DNA of 64,000 nt, taken from NCBI GenBank assembly GCA_963743915.1, contig CAVURN010000003.1:64001-128000 (forward strand), read 5' to 3'. Of this stretch, positions 35,729-44,566 are shown one piece after another. Below the pieces are notes generated by a model. That model was not told the origin of the DNA and searched no databases. It saw only the letters and a list, made by a program, of their open reading frames with translations. A program made the translations under genes and the position numbers. The DNA comes from an uncultured Actinomycetota bacterium (GTDB taxonomy: Bacteria; Actinomycetota; Actinomycetes; JAHEKZ01). The stretch's first letter is position 1; every line of letters begins with the position of its first letter.

Positions 35729-35855
35729 CGACTCAGTCTCGCATCAGTCTCCGGGCTCGAGCTCGACTGGACGCCGAACGTGGGCCTCGCCAGGAGGCGA
35801 GACCCACGTTCAGGTCAGTCGACCGAAGCGGCCGGATGGTGTTCCGTGTGGTGGC

Positions 35856-36246
35856 TTAGTAGGGGCCGTAGTCCAGGCACATGTCTGGGGTGACGGTCTC
35901 ACCGGGACCCCACTGGCCGAACCAGTTCTTGCCGTCGTCGTTGAAGCCCGCGACCGGCGGGATCACGTCGCCGATCGGGACCGTTGCCCACCTGGTCGTG
36001 GTGGTCGTGGTCCGACGCCTCGTCGCCATTGATCGCGGCCACATCGACCGTGATGACGACGTACGGGTTGGACGCGGAGCCGGTCCGGTGGCAGATCGTC
36101 ACCTTGTGGCCGTCTTCGACGTAGTTGGTGCCGTCGAGATTGGTGCCGTCAAAGCTGTCGGGCTGGGTGGCCATGGCTGCGCCAGCCGCCATGACCGACG
36201 CGGCGAGCATGGTCGCTGCCGCGGCGGCGCCGAGAATCTTCCGCAT
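35856..36246 (-). CDS. Small secreted protein with KVTICH motif (frameshift near 35978)
   Basis: Signal peptide; KVTICHRTGSASNPYVVITV; DHDHHD; continuation PIGDVIPP...GKNW...C. Confidence 0.7.
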
Positions 36247-36418
36247 GATGCCTCGTTTCTGTGAGTTCGATACGCCCCGAGCGCTGTTGTGCTCCGCCAC
36301 GGTAGGCAAGGAGCCTCACAGTCCGTGGACGGATCCCCACCCCTTCACCCGTTTGCCATACACCGGCGAGCACGGACAGTGACCGCGACAGTCCTCGGCC
36401 ATCGGATCGGGCAAGGGG

Positions 36419-37393
36419 TCAGCCGCGGACGAGGGGCCGGAAGGTCAGCACGACGTCGTTGTCGTACTCGGTGACGCTGAAGCGGCCCGCGTCGTCCAGA
36501 GCCAGCCCGCTCGGGAACTGCAGGCGGGTCGCGTCTCCCTGCAGGACGGCCAGCGGACGCCGGTTGCCGTCGACGCGCGGCTGGTACACCGTCACCGTCC
36601 GGTTCCGATTGACGACGTACAGGTGGCGGGCCTCGTCACGGTCGATGTCGATGGGGTGGTTGAGCCAGGTGCGCGACCCGCGCACGACGCGGATCGGACG
36701 TACGTCGCCGTCGGCCCGCCTACCGAACACAGTGATCGAGTCAGCGCCGTAGTTCGTGACGTAGTACCTGCCTCGGCGATCGACAACCACTCCCGATGGC
36801 GAGTCGAGTCGGGTGGACGGCCCCTTGATCTGGCGTATCGGCGCGACGTCACCTTGCGCCTGGACTCCGTACACCTGGATCGCTGGACGGTGGCCAAGAC
36901 GACGAGCCAGGTCAGTGACCACGATGCGTCCCTGTCGGGTGACCGAGATTCCCGATGGTCCGGTCAGACGTGTCGCATCACCGGCAATGGTGCGGACGGG
37001 TGCGACGTCACCGCCCGCACCCGGGGCGAAGACCAGGATCGCGTCGGGTTCCCCATTGCAGACGTAGAGGCGCCCCGCGCGATCGACAAAGAGGTCGTGA
37101 GGGTCACCGAGGCTGGTGGCCGGTCCGCCTATCGTGCGGAGGGGCGCCACATCACCCCGTGCGCCGGCTGGGTACACGGTGACGGTGTCGGTCGAGACGT
37201 TGGCCACATACAGGTTGCCGTCACCGTCATAGGCCAGACCCGCCGGTTCGCCCAACCCGGTGCTCGGACCCTCCAACGCCCTGGCCGGAGGCCGCTCCAC
37301 CGGCGCGGACAACGCAGCTGCCGGTGGCGCCGCGAGAGCCGCGAGCCCCACTGCCACCGCCCCCGCGAGACCAAGCCCTCTCCACGCCTTCAC
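36419..37393 (-). CDS. Secreted NHL-repeat beta-propeller protein
   Basis: Signal peptide; recurring GDVAPxRxIxGxxTxLxxP and DxxGxLYVxN units. Confidence 0.82.
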   Translation of the reverse strand: MKAWRGLGLAGAVAVGLAALAAPPAAALSAPVERPPARALEGPSTGLGEPAGLAYDGDGNLYVANVSTDTVTVYPAGARGDVAPLRTIGGPATSLGDPHDLFVDRAGRLYVCNGEPDAILVFAPGAGGDVAPVRTIAGDATRLTGPSGISVTRQGRIVVTDLARRLGHRPAIQVYGVQAQGDVAPIRQIKGPSTRLDSPSGVVVDRRGRYYVTNYGADSITVFGRRADGDVRPIRVVRGSRTWLNHPIDIDRDEARHLYVVNRNRTVTVYQPRVDGNRRPLAVLQGDATRLQFPSGLALDDAGRFSVTEYDNDVVLTFRPLVRG

Positions 37394-37530
37394 CGTACGT
37401 CTCCCTCGGCTCGGTTCCTCCACGTCGACCGTACCCCGGCGGTTGGCGCGCGAAACCGGAGCAGATGCCCGACGAACGGTTCCGCCGTGGGCACCTGCTC
37501 CGGATTCAGTGGAGCGTCAGCGGGGAGCCC

Positions 37531-38007
37531 TCAGCAGGGCGCCACCTTCGGGTTGAAGTCGGCGTGCATCCCGTCGGAGTTGGGACGCCAGATCCAGGCG
37601 TGCAGCGCCCAGATGCCGAGCGTGTCGTTCCGGTGGAAGTGCTCGCCGAAGAGCTCCGGCGGCTCAGAGCCGGTCCAGGCCGTCTGCGGGACGACGTACT
37701 CCACCGCCACCAGCTGCATGCGGTCGCCCGTCGGCTCGTACACGAGCACCTCCGGATGCGTCGCCTCGATCGTTCCGTCGATCGACGCCAGGTCGGCGTA
37801 GTGCTGCCCCATGCCGCCCCCGGGCGAGTCGAAGCAGGGGAGGAACTTCTCGTAGCCGGCAGCCTCAGCCTTGGACACCTTGTGGAGGGAAGCCGTGGCT
37901 TGCCGGACGCCGGAGAACTGCGCCTCCGAACCGGACGCGGGAGAAGCGATCAGTGTGGTGGCCAGGGCCGCCGCCATCAGACCCGCGGCGACGCCCGCCC
38001 GCCTCAC
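37531..38007 (-). CDS. Secreted His-rich hypothetical protein
   Basis: Signal peptide; GMGQHY, PEVLVYEP, LVAVEY, HFH, LHAWIW, DFNP; GTGA overlap with DUF4242 gene. Confidence 0.75.
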   Translation of the reverse strand: MRRAGVAAGLMAAALATTLIASPASGSEAQFSGVRQATASLHKVSKAEAAGYEKFLPCFDSPGGGMGQHYADLASIDGTIEATHPEVLVYEPTGDRMQLVAVEYVVPQTAWTGSEPPELFGEHFHRNDTLGIWALHAWIWRPNSDGMHADFNPKVAPC

Positions 38008-38255
38008 GACCCCTCCTTGACCAGGAACACGTCCTGGGCCACCAGCCCGTGCGCCTCGCGGTGCACCGTGGACGCGGCTTCCGGCGAGGGCGCCTCGACC
38101 AGGCAGAACACCTTGCCCTCGGCCTCGGACACCCAGTAGCGCAGGTAGCGGACGTCGTGCTTGCTCTGCTCCTGCAGGTCGGCCATGTGGGCCTGGGCGA
38201 CGTCGTCGAGCGCGACCCCGCCGTCGATCGAGTGAACATCCATGAAGAGCGGCAT
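38004..38255 (-). CDS. DUF4242 / SCO4226-like putative nickel-binding protein
   Basis: MPLFMDVH, AHMADL, RYWVSE..GKVFCLVEAP, VHREAHGL. Confidence 0.85.
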   Translation of the reverse strand: MPLFMDVHSIDGGVALDDVAQAHMADLQEQSKHDVRYLRYWVSEAEGKVFCLVEAPSPEAASTVHREAHGLVAQDVFLVKEGS

Positions 38256-38334
38256 GGCTTCCTCCGGTCTGATGCGATTGTGCGGACGTCCGGGACGCTA
38301 CGGACGCCGAGCAACCGGAGGCAGGGGATCAGAC

Positions 38335-38365
38335 CCCCATGTTGGGGCGCGGGCTCCCTATGTTG
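38335..38365 (-). promoter_or_regulatory. Direct repeat CAACATRGGG, 21-bp spacing, upstream of DUF4242 operon
   Basis: Plus-strand CCCCATGTTG (38335-38344) and CCCTATGTTG (38356-38365). Confidence 0.5.
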
Positions 38366-38741
38366 AGCCGGCGTCAGGTGAGGCGCGTGCGGCCCGACGC
38401 GGCTTCGCCGCCTTGGGCGGCTTCGGTGGCTCCGCCAGCGCGAACGCGACCGCCTCCTCGACCCAGGCCGACAGCGGGTCGTCGTCGAGCCCGTCGCCGG
38501 GTACGATCACCAGGCCGCGCATCGGGCGTCCGGTGAAGTCCATCTCCCGCACGCCGCGGGCGAGCGCAGCGTCGTGGCGTTCCTTGCCGACACGCACCAT
38601 CAGGTCGTCGCCGATGATGCCGCACGCCATGTGGGTGTTCACCATGAACGCCAGTCCGCCGAACATCTTGCGCTCGTCGAAGTCCGCGCGCGGTTCGAGC
38701 TCCGCACGTACCCGCTCGGCGAGGGCCTCGTCGTACGCCAC
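38358..38741 (-). CDS. TfoX/Sxy N-terminal domain protein
   Basis: MAYDEALAERVR, KMFGGLAFMVN.HMACG, MDFTGRPMRG. Confidence 0.85.
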   Translation of the reverse strand: MAYDEALAERVRAELEPRADFDERKMFGGLAFMVNTHMACGIIGDDLMVRVGKERHDAALARGVREMDFTGRPMRGLVIVPGDGLDDDPLSAWVEEAVAFALAEPPKPPKAAKPRRAARASPDAGST

Positions 38742-38755
38742 GTCGACAGCGCTGC

Positions 38756-41338
38756 CTACGTCGCGGACGCCGCGAGCGCCCTCTCGGCCGCCTCACCCCG
38801 GGTGGCCACGCCGAGCTTGCCCAGGATGGAGGACACATGGTGGTCCACGGTCTTGGCCGAGATCACCAGTCGGTCCGCGATCTGGGCGTTGGACGCGCCG
38901 TCGCAGACGAGGGTCAGCACCTCACGTTCGCGGGAGGTCAGCCCCAGCGGGTCGTCCCGGGTGGACGCGCGTGAGCCACGCGGGATGGCAGCGACACCTT
39001 GCCGGCGCATCAGCTGACGTGCCCGCGCAGACACCGCGGTGGCGCCGAGGGCGTCCAGCCTGACGACTGCCTCGCGCATGGCCTCCGGCTCCCCGCTGTC
39101 CAGCAGCACCATGATTGCCATGTAGGGCAGGTTCAGGCCGTCGAGCTGCGCGGCGGCCATCCGATGCTCACCCGCGATCGCGAGGGAGTACGGAGCGGGT
39201 ACCTCCAGGTGTGCGGTGCTGACACCGAGCCGCGCAAGCCAGAGGGCCTCTTCACCGGCGAAGTCGGGGTCGATCCCCGCGCTCAACCCGGCGACCTCTT
39301 GCGCATACCTGAGCGCGGTGGCCTCGTCACCCTGCAACCAGGCCAGCTCGAGGGACCCGAGGAGCGAGTCCGTCAGCCAGTCGCTGGACTCCAGCGGACG
39401 CGCCAGAGTGAGGGATTCCGTGAGCATCTCGGCGCCCTCAGGATCGCCGCGCCGGGCCAGGACACGTCCGACACCCTGGAGGGGGTTCAGGCGGTTGACC
39501 GGCGACAGGTGCTCCCGTGCGCGGGTGACGATCTCGCGTCCCAGCAGCAGGGTCTCGTCCCAGCGCCCCTGCATCTCGAGCGCCCGGATGTGGCCACCCT
39601 TCAGGCAGGCCTCGTAGGTGGAGTAGTCGGTCAGCTCCCAGTAGGCGAGCCCCTCGGCGAACACGTCCTCGGCTTCGGCCCAGCGGTAGCGGCTGCACAG
39701 GAAGCTGTGCAGGTTGCTGAAGGCTCGCCCGACCTGCGACTCGTGCCCCCCCTCGACCGCCAGGTCGAGCGCCCGACGCAACATCTCCCCGGCCTCTCCG
39801 CCGAGGTACCAGTGGGCACACGCCTCGGTGTTGAGAGCCTCGGAGAGCAACTCGGTGTCACCGAACTGCTCCGCCAGGGCGACGGCCTGCTGCGCGAGGA
39901 CGTGGGCGTCCCGCGGCTGCTCGGACGTCAAGAAGCTCGCCTTGGCGTTGATCGCCCACCCTCGCTCGGGACACGGCGGCTCGTCCTCGAGCGCCGCAAG
40001 TGCCTCGTCGGTCAGACGCGTGTACGCCTCGCCGTCGCACAGCCGCCACCGGGCGTGGGCGAGCTTGCGAAGTGCCGTGCTCTCACGCCGAGGGTTCCCG
40101 ATCTTCCGCCAGCACTGCACTGCCCGTTCCCGCAGCTCCGCGGAGCGTTCCCACTGGTCCAGCAACCCGTATTCGTCCGCGATCCGGTCGCGCAGCGACG
40201 CCACCACAGTGGGTTCGGATTCGCCGGCCCAGCGCAGCGCCCGCTCGAACTGCACCGCCGACTCGCGATGTGCACCTAGGTGGGACGCCTGCTCGCCCGC
40301 GCGCGGCGCGTAGAACAGCACCGCAGCCGGGTCCTCAGCAAGTTCGGCGTGGTGGGCCAGCCGGGCATCGTCCACGTCGCCACGCTCTGCGAGCACGCCC
40401 AGCACCGCGCTGTTCATCGTCCTCACACGATGGGCCGGCACAGCCGACTCGATGGCCGCACGCGCCAGCTCGTGGCGGAAGCGCAGCGAGTCGCCGGAGG
40501 CGACCAGTGCACCCGAACCGACGCACTCGTCCAGCACGTCAGGTGTGACGGTGGTCAGCCGTTCCAGGTCGGAGACCGTCGCGGACGACCCCAGGACGGC
40601 AACCCAGTCGACGAGCTCGCGACCTTCAGGTGACAGCCGGCAGATGCGGGCCTGCACGGCGTCGTGAACGGAGGTCAACAGCTGGTCTCCGGCGGACGCC
40701 AGCGCCTCACGGACATAGAACGGGTTGCCCCCCGTGAGCTCGTACACGGGCCTGCCGTCCACACCCTGTGCCTGCGCCAGGATGGCGACCGCCTCCGGCG
40801 ACAGCGGCGGCAGCGAGAGCCGCCGCGCCCATCGGTGCGTGCCGACCTCGCCGAGCAACGTGCGCAGTGGGTGGTCGCGCACGAGCGCGTCGTCCCGGTA
40901 GGTGGTGAGGATCAGCAGGCGGCAGTCGCGCACCCGCCGGCTGAGGAACTGGATCAGATCAAGGCTGGCCTCGTCGGCCCAGTGCACGTCCTCGAAGACC
41001 AGCACGGTGAGCCCGTCGGACGCGGTGAGCTCGTCGCGCAGGAGCCGGAACACGGTGCCTCGGGGCGGCTCCTCCGATCGGCACAGCGCAGCCAGCTCGC
41101 CCCCGATCTGGTCCGCCACGTCCAGCAGCGGGGCGAGCGGCTGCGGCGTGAAGGAGCCGTCGCAGGCGCCCCACAGCCAACGGTCGTCGGGCCTGCGGTG
41201 CTGGAGCTCCTCGACGAGGGCGGTCTTGCCGACACCGGCCTCACCCGCGATCAGGACGACTCGGCTGTCTCCAGCCGCGGCGTCGCTGGCGTACTCGTCA
41301 AGCAGCGCGAGAAAGTTGTCCCGCTCCAGGAGCTTCAC
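38756..41338 (-). CDS. Large ATP-binding LuxR-family (LAL/STAND) regulator
   Basis: Walker A GEAGVGKT, VFEDVHWAD, TGGNPF, FRHELAR, C-terminal LTSREREVL...KTVDHHVSSIL. Confidence 0.92.
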   Translation of the reverse strand: MKLLERDNFLALLDEYASDAAAGDSRVVLIAGEAGVGKTALVEELQHRRPDDRWLWGACDGSFTPQPLAPLLDVADQIGGELAALCRSEEPPRGTVFRLLRDELTASDGLTVLVFEDVHWADEASLDLIQFLSRRVRDCRLLILTTYRDDALVRDHPLRTLLGEVGTHRWARRLSLPPLSPEAVAILAQAQGVDGRPVYELTGGNPFYVREALASAGDQLLTSVHDAVQARICRLSPEGRELVDWVAVLGSSATVSDLERLTTVTPDVLDECVGSGALVASGDSLRFRHELARAAIESAVPAHRVRTMNSAVLGVLAERGDVDDARLAHHAELAEDPAAVLFYAPRAGEQASHLGAHRESAVQFERALRWAGESEPTVVASLRDRIADEYGLLDQWERSAELRERAVQCWRKIGNPRRESTALRKLAHARWRLCDGEAYTRLTDEALAALEDEPPCPERGWAINAKASFLTSEQPRDAHVLAQQAVALAEQFGDTELLSEALNTEACAHWYLGGEAGEMLRRALDLAVEGGHESQVGRAFSNLHSFLCSRYRWAEAEDVFAEGLAYWELTDYSTYEACLKGGHIRALEMQGRWDETLLLGREIVTRAREHLSPVNRLNPLQGVGRVLARRGDPEGAEMLTESLTLARPLESSDWLTDSLLGSLELAWLQGDEATALRYAQEVAGLSAGIDPDFAGEEALWLARLGVSTAHLEVPAPYSLAIAGEHRMAAAQLDGLNLPYMAIMVLLDSGEPEAMREAVVRLDALGATAVSARARQLMRRQGVAAIPRGSRASTRDDPLGLTSREREVLTLVCDGASNAQIADRLVISAKTVDHHVSSILGKLGVATRGEAAERALAASAT

Positions 41339-41386
41339 CTGTCGATGATGCTCCCGCTTCTCGCGGGCGTCCAGGGATTGGCCGAC

Positions 41387-42310
41387 TCAGTAGTTCTGGA
41401 CGACGTCGCGCCAGGCGTCCTGGCTGGGCGCGTCGAGCAGCCGGTAGTCGGTGCCCTTCGGGCCTACCACGTCGAAGTAGATGCCGAAGATCGCGTTGAT
41501 CCCCGGCTTCTCGGTGTGCCTGGCCGCGAGCCATGCACCGACCGAACGCAGCCACGCCGCCCGAGCCGTCCCGGTCGGGTCCGAGCTCACCTTGACGCTA
41601 CCGACCTCGGAGACGCCCCACGGGATGGTGGGGTTGGCCGCAGACCAGTTAGTGATCGGCTTGAACATGTTGGCCGGGTTGCCGTAGGCGTTGCGCCGCC
41701 ACGCGTGGTTGTAGCAGTCGAAGGCGAGCATCGACTGAGCGGTCGGGACGTAGTAGTTGAGCCAGTTGCGGTTCGACGCCGGGTTCATCGTGTAGCACAT
41801 CAGAATCAGCGTGCTGTGCAGGTTGGCCGTCGCCGGTGCCGCCTCGTTCGCGATGTCGGAGACGCGCTGCCAGGCGGCCCGGTAGTCAGCGGCCGAGTAC
41901 TCGCCGCGCGCGATGTTGTCCTCGGGCTCGTGGATGTACGACCAGTAGACGTCGTACGACGGAACGGTCGCGAACCAGTTGCGCAGGGCAGTGTCGTAGC
42001 GACCCGCCAGGACGTCCCGGGGGTGGTACCGGAACGAGACGACGACCGGTCGACCGCTGAGACCGGCGTTGCCGGGCCACGCCTGTGGGGCACCGGAGTA
42101 GAAGACGCGGCTGATCGGCAACGGTGTGGGCGTGCCGAAGACGGCGTCCTGGCGGGCCACCGCCTGGGCGAAGTTCTCACCGCTTCGCACCGCGACGAGC
42201 GAACCGAACTGGACGCCCGACGTTCCGGCCGAGCTGTTCGGTGCGTTGACCACGGCGAGCGTGCCGCCGAGCACCAGAGCGGTCAGAAGAGCCGTGATCC
42301 GGGTACGCAT
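41387..42310 (-). CDS. Secreted glycoside hydrolase, GH26-like clan A
   Basis: Signal peptide; HEPE acid/base, YRAAWQRV, FDCYN, WGVSEVG nucleophile. Confidence 0.65.
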   Translation of the reverse strand: MRTRITALLTALVLGGTLAVVNAPNSSAGTSGVQFGSLVAVRSGENFAQAVARQDAVFGTPTPLPISRVFYSGAPQAWPGNAGLSGRPVVVSFRYHPRDVLAGRYDTALRNWFATVPSYDVYWSYIHEPEDNIARGEYSAADYRAAWQRVSDIANEAAPATANLHSTLILMCYTMNPASNRNWLNYYVPTAQSMLAFDCYNHAWRRNAYGNPANMFKPITNWSAANPTIPWGVSEVGSVKVSSDPTGTARAAWLRSVGAWLAARHTEKPGINAIFGIYFDVVGPKGTDYRLLDAPSQDAWRDVVQNY

Positions 42311-42503
42311 GTGATCCCCCAGCGAAGCGTGACATCCAGCCGAACGGACCGGACGTTCCGGGCAGCATAGTGCGATCCGCGTCGCGGGAAGCCCTCTTCC
42401 GGCAACGATTGCGTCGCTCATCTTACTTTGTGTGCGCTGTGCTGACCACGAGTGACTCTCGGTCACGAATGCCGCCTGCCGGCGCCCGTGAGACGATCGC
42501 CCG

Positions 42504-43064
42504 ATGGGCTTTCACATGGCGAACGACGCGGACGCCGACCGCGTCCTGGACGAGCACCCGTTCGCGCTGGTCATGGGGATGATGCTCGACCAGCGCTACC
42601 CGATGGAGCACGCCTTCCGGGGCGGGTACAAGGTGCTCAGCCGCTTCGGCTCCCTCGAGCCCGCGGCCATCGCTGCCGCCGATCCCGAGAAGTTCAAGGA
42701 GCTGTGCAGCGTGCCGCCGGCGATCCACCGGTTCCCCGGCTCGATGGCCGGACGCCTGCAGGAGCTCGCGGCCCACGTCGAGGACCAGTACGACGGCGAC
42801 GTCACCCGGCTCTGGACCGAGCCGAAGTCCGGCGCAGCGCTCTACAAGCGGGTCCAGGCGCTGCCAGGGTTCGGCAAGCAGAAGTCGCAGATCTTCGTGG
42901 CGCTGCTCGCCAAGCAGCTCGACGTCAAGCCGAAGGGCTGGACGACTGTCGCCGGCGACTACGCGAAGAAGGGCTACCGCTCCGTCGCCGACGTGGTCGA
43001 CGCCGATTCGCTGCAGAAGGTGCGCGACTTCAAGAAGGCCCAGAAGGCGTCCGCCGCGGGCTGA
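42504..43064 (+). CDS. HhH-GPD-type base excision repair family protein
   Basis: GMMLDQ.YPME.AF, PPAIHRFPGSMA, LPGFGKQK, RSVADV. Confidence 0.88.
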   Translation: MGFHMANDADADRVLDEHPFALVMGMMLDQRYPMEHAFRGGYKVLSRFGSLEPAAIAAADPEKFKELCSVPPAIHRFPGSMAGRLQELAAHVEDQYDGDVTRLWTEPKSGAALYKRVQALPGFGKQKSQIFVALLAKQLDVKPKGWTTVAGDYAKKGYRSVADVVDADSLQKVRDFKKAQKASAAG

Positions 43065-44256
43065 CCGCCAGCATCGCGGTGGCCGTGAGCAAGCGGATGC
43101 CGGTCGGGATGGCGCCCTCGTCGACGTCGAAGTCGCCTCGGTGCAGGTCGCGTACGACCTGCGCGCCCGGGGATCGCACGCCGAGCCGAGCGAGTGCGCC
43201 GGGAATCACCTCGAGGAACGAGGCGAAGTCCTCGCCACCCAGACTCTGCTCAGCCTCGTGCACGTGGTCAGCGCCGAGCATCGCTGCCGCAGCCTGACGG
43301 AGCAGGTCGACGCCGGCGACATCGTTGACGACCGGTGGCACTCCCCGCGCATAGTCCACGTCCACGGTCACGCCGTACGGTGCGGCGACGGCGGCGACAG
43401 CCTCGGCGACCAGCCTCGGTGCGTCGTTCCAGGCGGCGACGTCCAGCGAGCGGACGGTGCCCTCGGCCAGCCCGCGCTGGGGGATCACATCGGCCACTTC
43501 TCCTGCGTCGATGTGCCCCCACACCAAGGAGACGCCGGCCCTCGGGTCCACCCGGCGAGACAGGACGGACGGGACGTCGGTCACCACCTTCGCCAGCGCA
43601 TAGACGAGGTCCTGGGTCAGGTGCGGACGCGCCGTGTGTCCGCCCGGTCCGAGCAGCCGGACCCGGACATGGTCGCTCGACCCGGTAATGGCCCCGGCAC
43701 GCAGACCGACGTCGCCGACATCCAGTCGCGGGTCGCAGTGCAGGGCGAAGATCTGCGCCACGCCGTCGATCGCGCCTGCGGCGATCACGTCGAGCGCGCC
43801 CCCGGGGTTTGCCTCCTCGGCTGGCTCGAAGATCAGCCGGACCCGTCCCGGCAGCGGGTGTTCCCGTTGCAGCTCCGCGAGTGCGAGGCCGACCCCGAGC
43901 ACGATGGTCGCGTGCACGTCGTGGCCGCAGGCGTGGCACACCCCGGGAACAGTGGACCGGTAGACGACGTCCTTCTCGTCGCCGAGGGGCAGGGCGTCGA
44001 TGTCGGCGCGCAGCGCGACCGCGGGGTCGCCCTCACCGATGTCGCACCACAACCCCGTCCCACCGGGGAGCACCTTCGGCACGAGGCCGGCCAGCTCCAG
44101 CCGGGACACCAGCGCGGCGGTCGTGCGCGTCTCCAGCCTCGCCAGCTCAGGGTGGGCGTGCAGGTCGCGACGGAACGACGTCAGCTCATCGAGGTGGCGG
44201 GACAGGAACCCGTCCAGCCGAGCGGCCAGCACCGCAAGGTCGACGTCAGCGGTCAC
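43030..44256 (-). CDS. M20D amidohydrolase
   Basis: RRDLHAHPEL, LRADIDALP, HACGHDVH, PAEE, GGHTARPH, GGEDF; GTGA overlap with upstream redoxin. Confidence 0.9.
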   Translation of the reverse strand: MTADVDLAVLAARLDGFLSRHLDELTSFRRDLHAHPELARLETRTTAALVSRLELAGLVPKVLPGGTGLWCDIGEGDPAVALRADIDALPLGDEKDVVYRSTVPGVCHACGHDVHATIVLGVGLALAELQREHPLPGRVRLIFEPAEEANPGGALDVIAAGAIDGVAQIFALHCDPRLDVGDVGLRAGAITGSSDHVRVRLLGPGGHTARPHLTQDLVYALAKVVTDVPSVLSRRVDPRAGVSLVWGHIDAGEVADVIPQRGLAEGTVRSLDVAAWNDAPRLVAEAVAAVAAPYGVTVDVDYARGVPPVVNDVAGVDLLRQAAAAMLGADHVHEAEQSLGGEDFASFLEVIPGALARLGVRSPGAQVVRDLHRGDFDVDEGAIPTGIRLLTATAMLAVSPRRTPSGPS

Positions 44257-44504
44257 GGGCCTTCCTGCAGCTTGGCGGCAACGGCCGCCACCGAGGGGTT
44301 GACCAGCGCGGTGCCGTCGGCGAACTCGACGGTCGGGATCACCCACTCGCCCTCGCTCAGCTGCACCAGCCGCTCCAGAAAGGCGGGGTCGGCATCGACG
44401 TCGACCTCCTCGTACGCGATGCCCGCGTGCTCCAGCTGCGCCTTCAGGCGGTGACAGTGTCCGCACCATTCGGCCGAGAACACGACCGGCGACCGAGGCT
44501 TCAT
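44253..44504 (-). CDS. Mycoredoxin/glutaredoxin-like protein
   Basis: WCGHCHRLK, IPTVEFADG..LVNPS. Confidence 0.85.
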   Translation of the reverse strand: MKPRSPVVFSAEWCGHCHRLKAQLEHAGIAYEEVDVDADPAFLERLVQLSEGEWVIPTVEFADGTALVNPSVAAVAAKLQEGP

Positions 44505-44566
44505 GGACACGTCCTTCGTGAGGGGTGGACTCGGACAAGCGTATAGCAAATGATCCCAATCGGTAC

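Noticed and set aside
36250-36418. Possible riboswitch upstream of the KVTICH gene (GGCAAAC on minus strand)
   Set aside because: Remaining c-di-GMP-I consensus elements and stems could not be found
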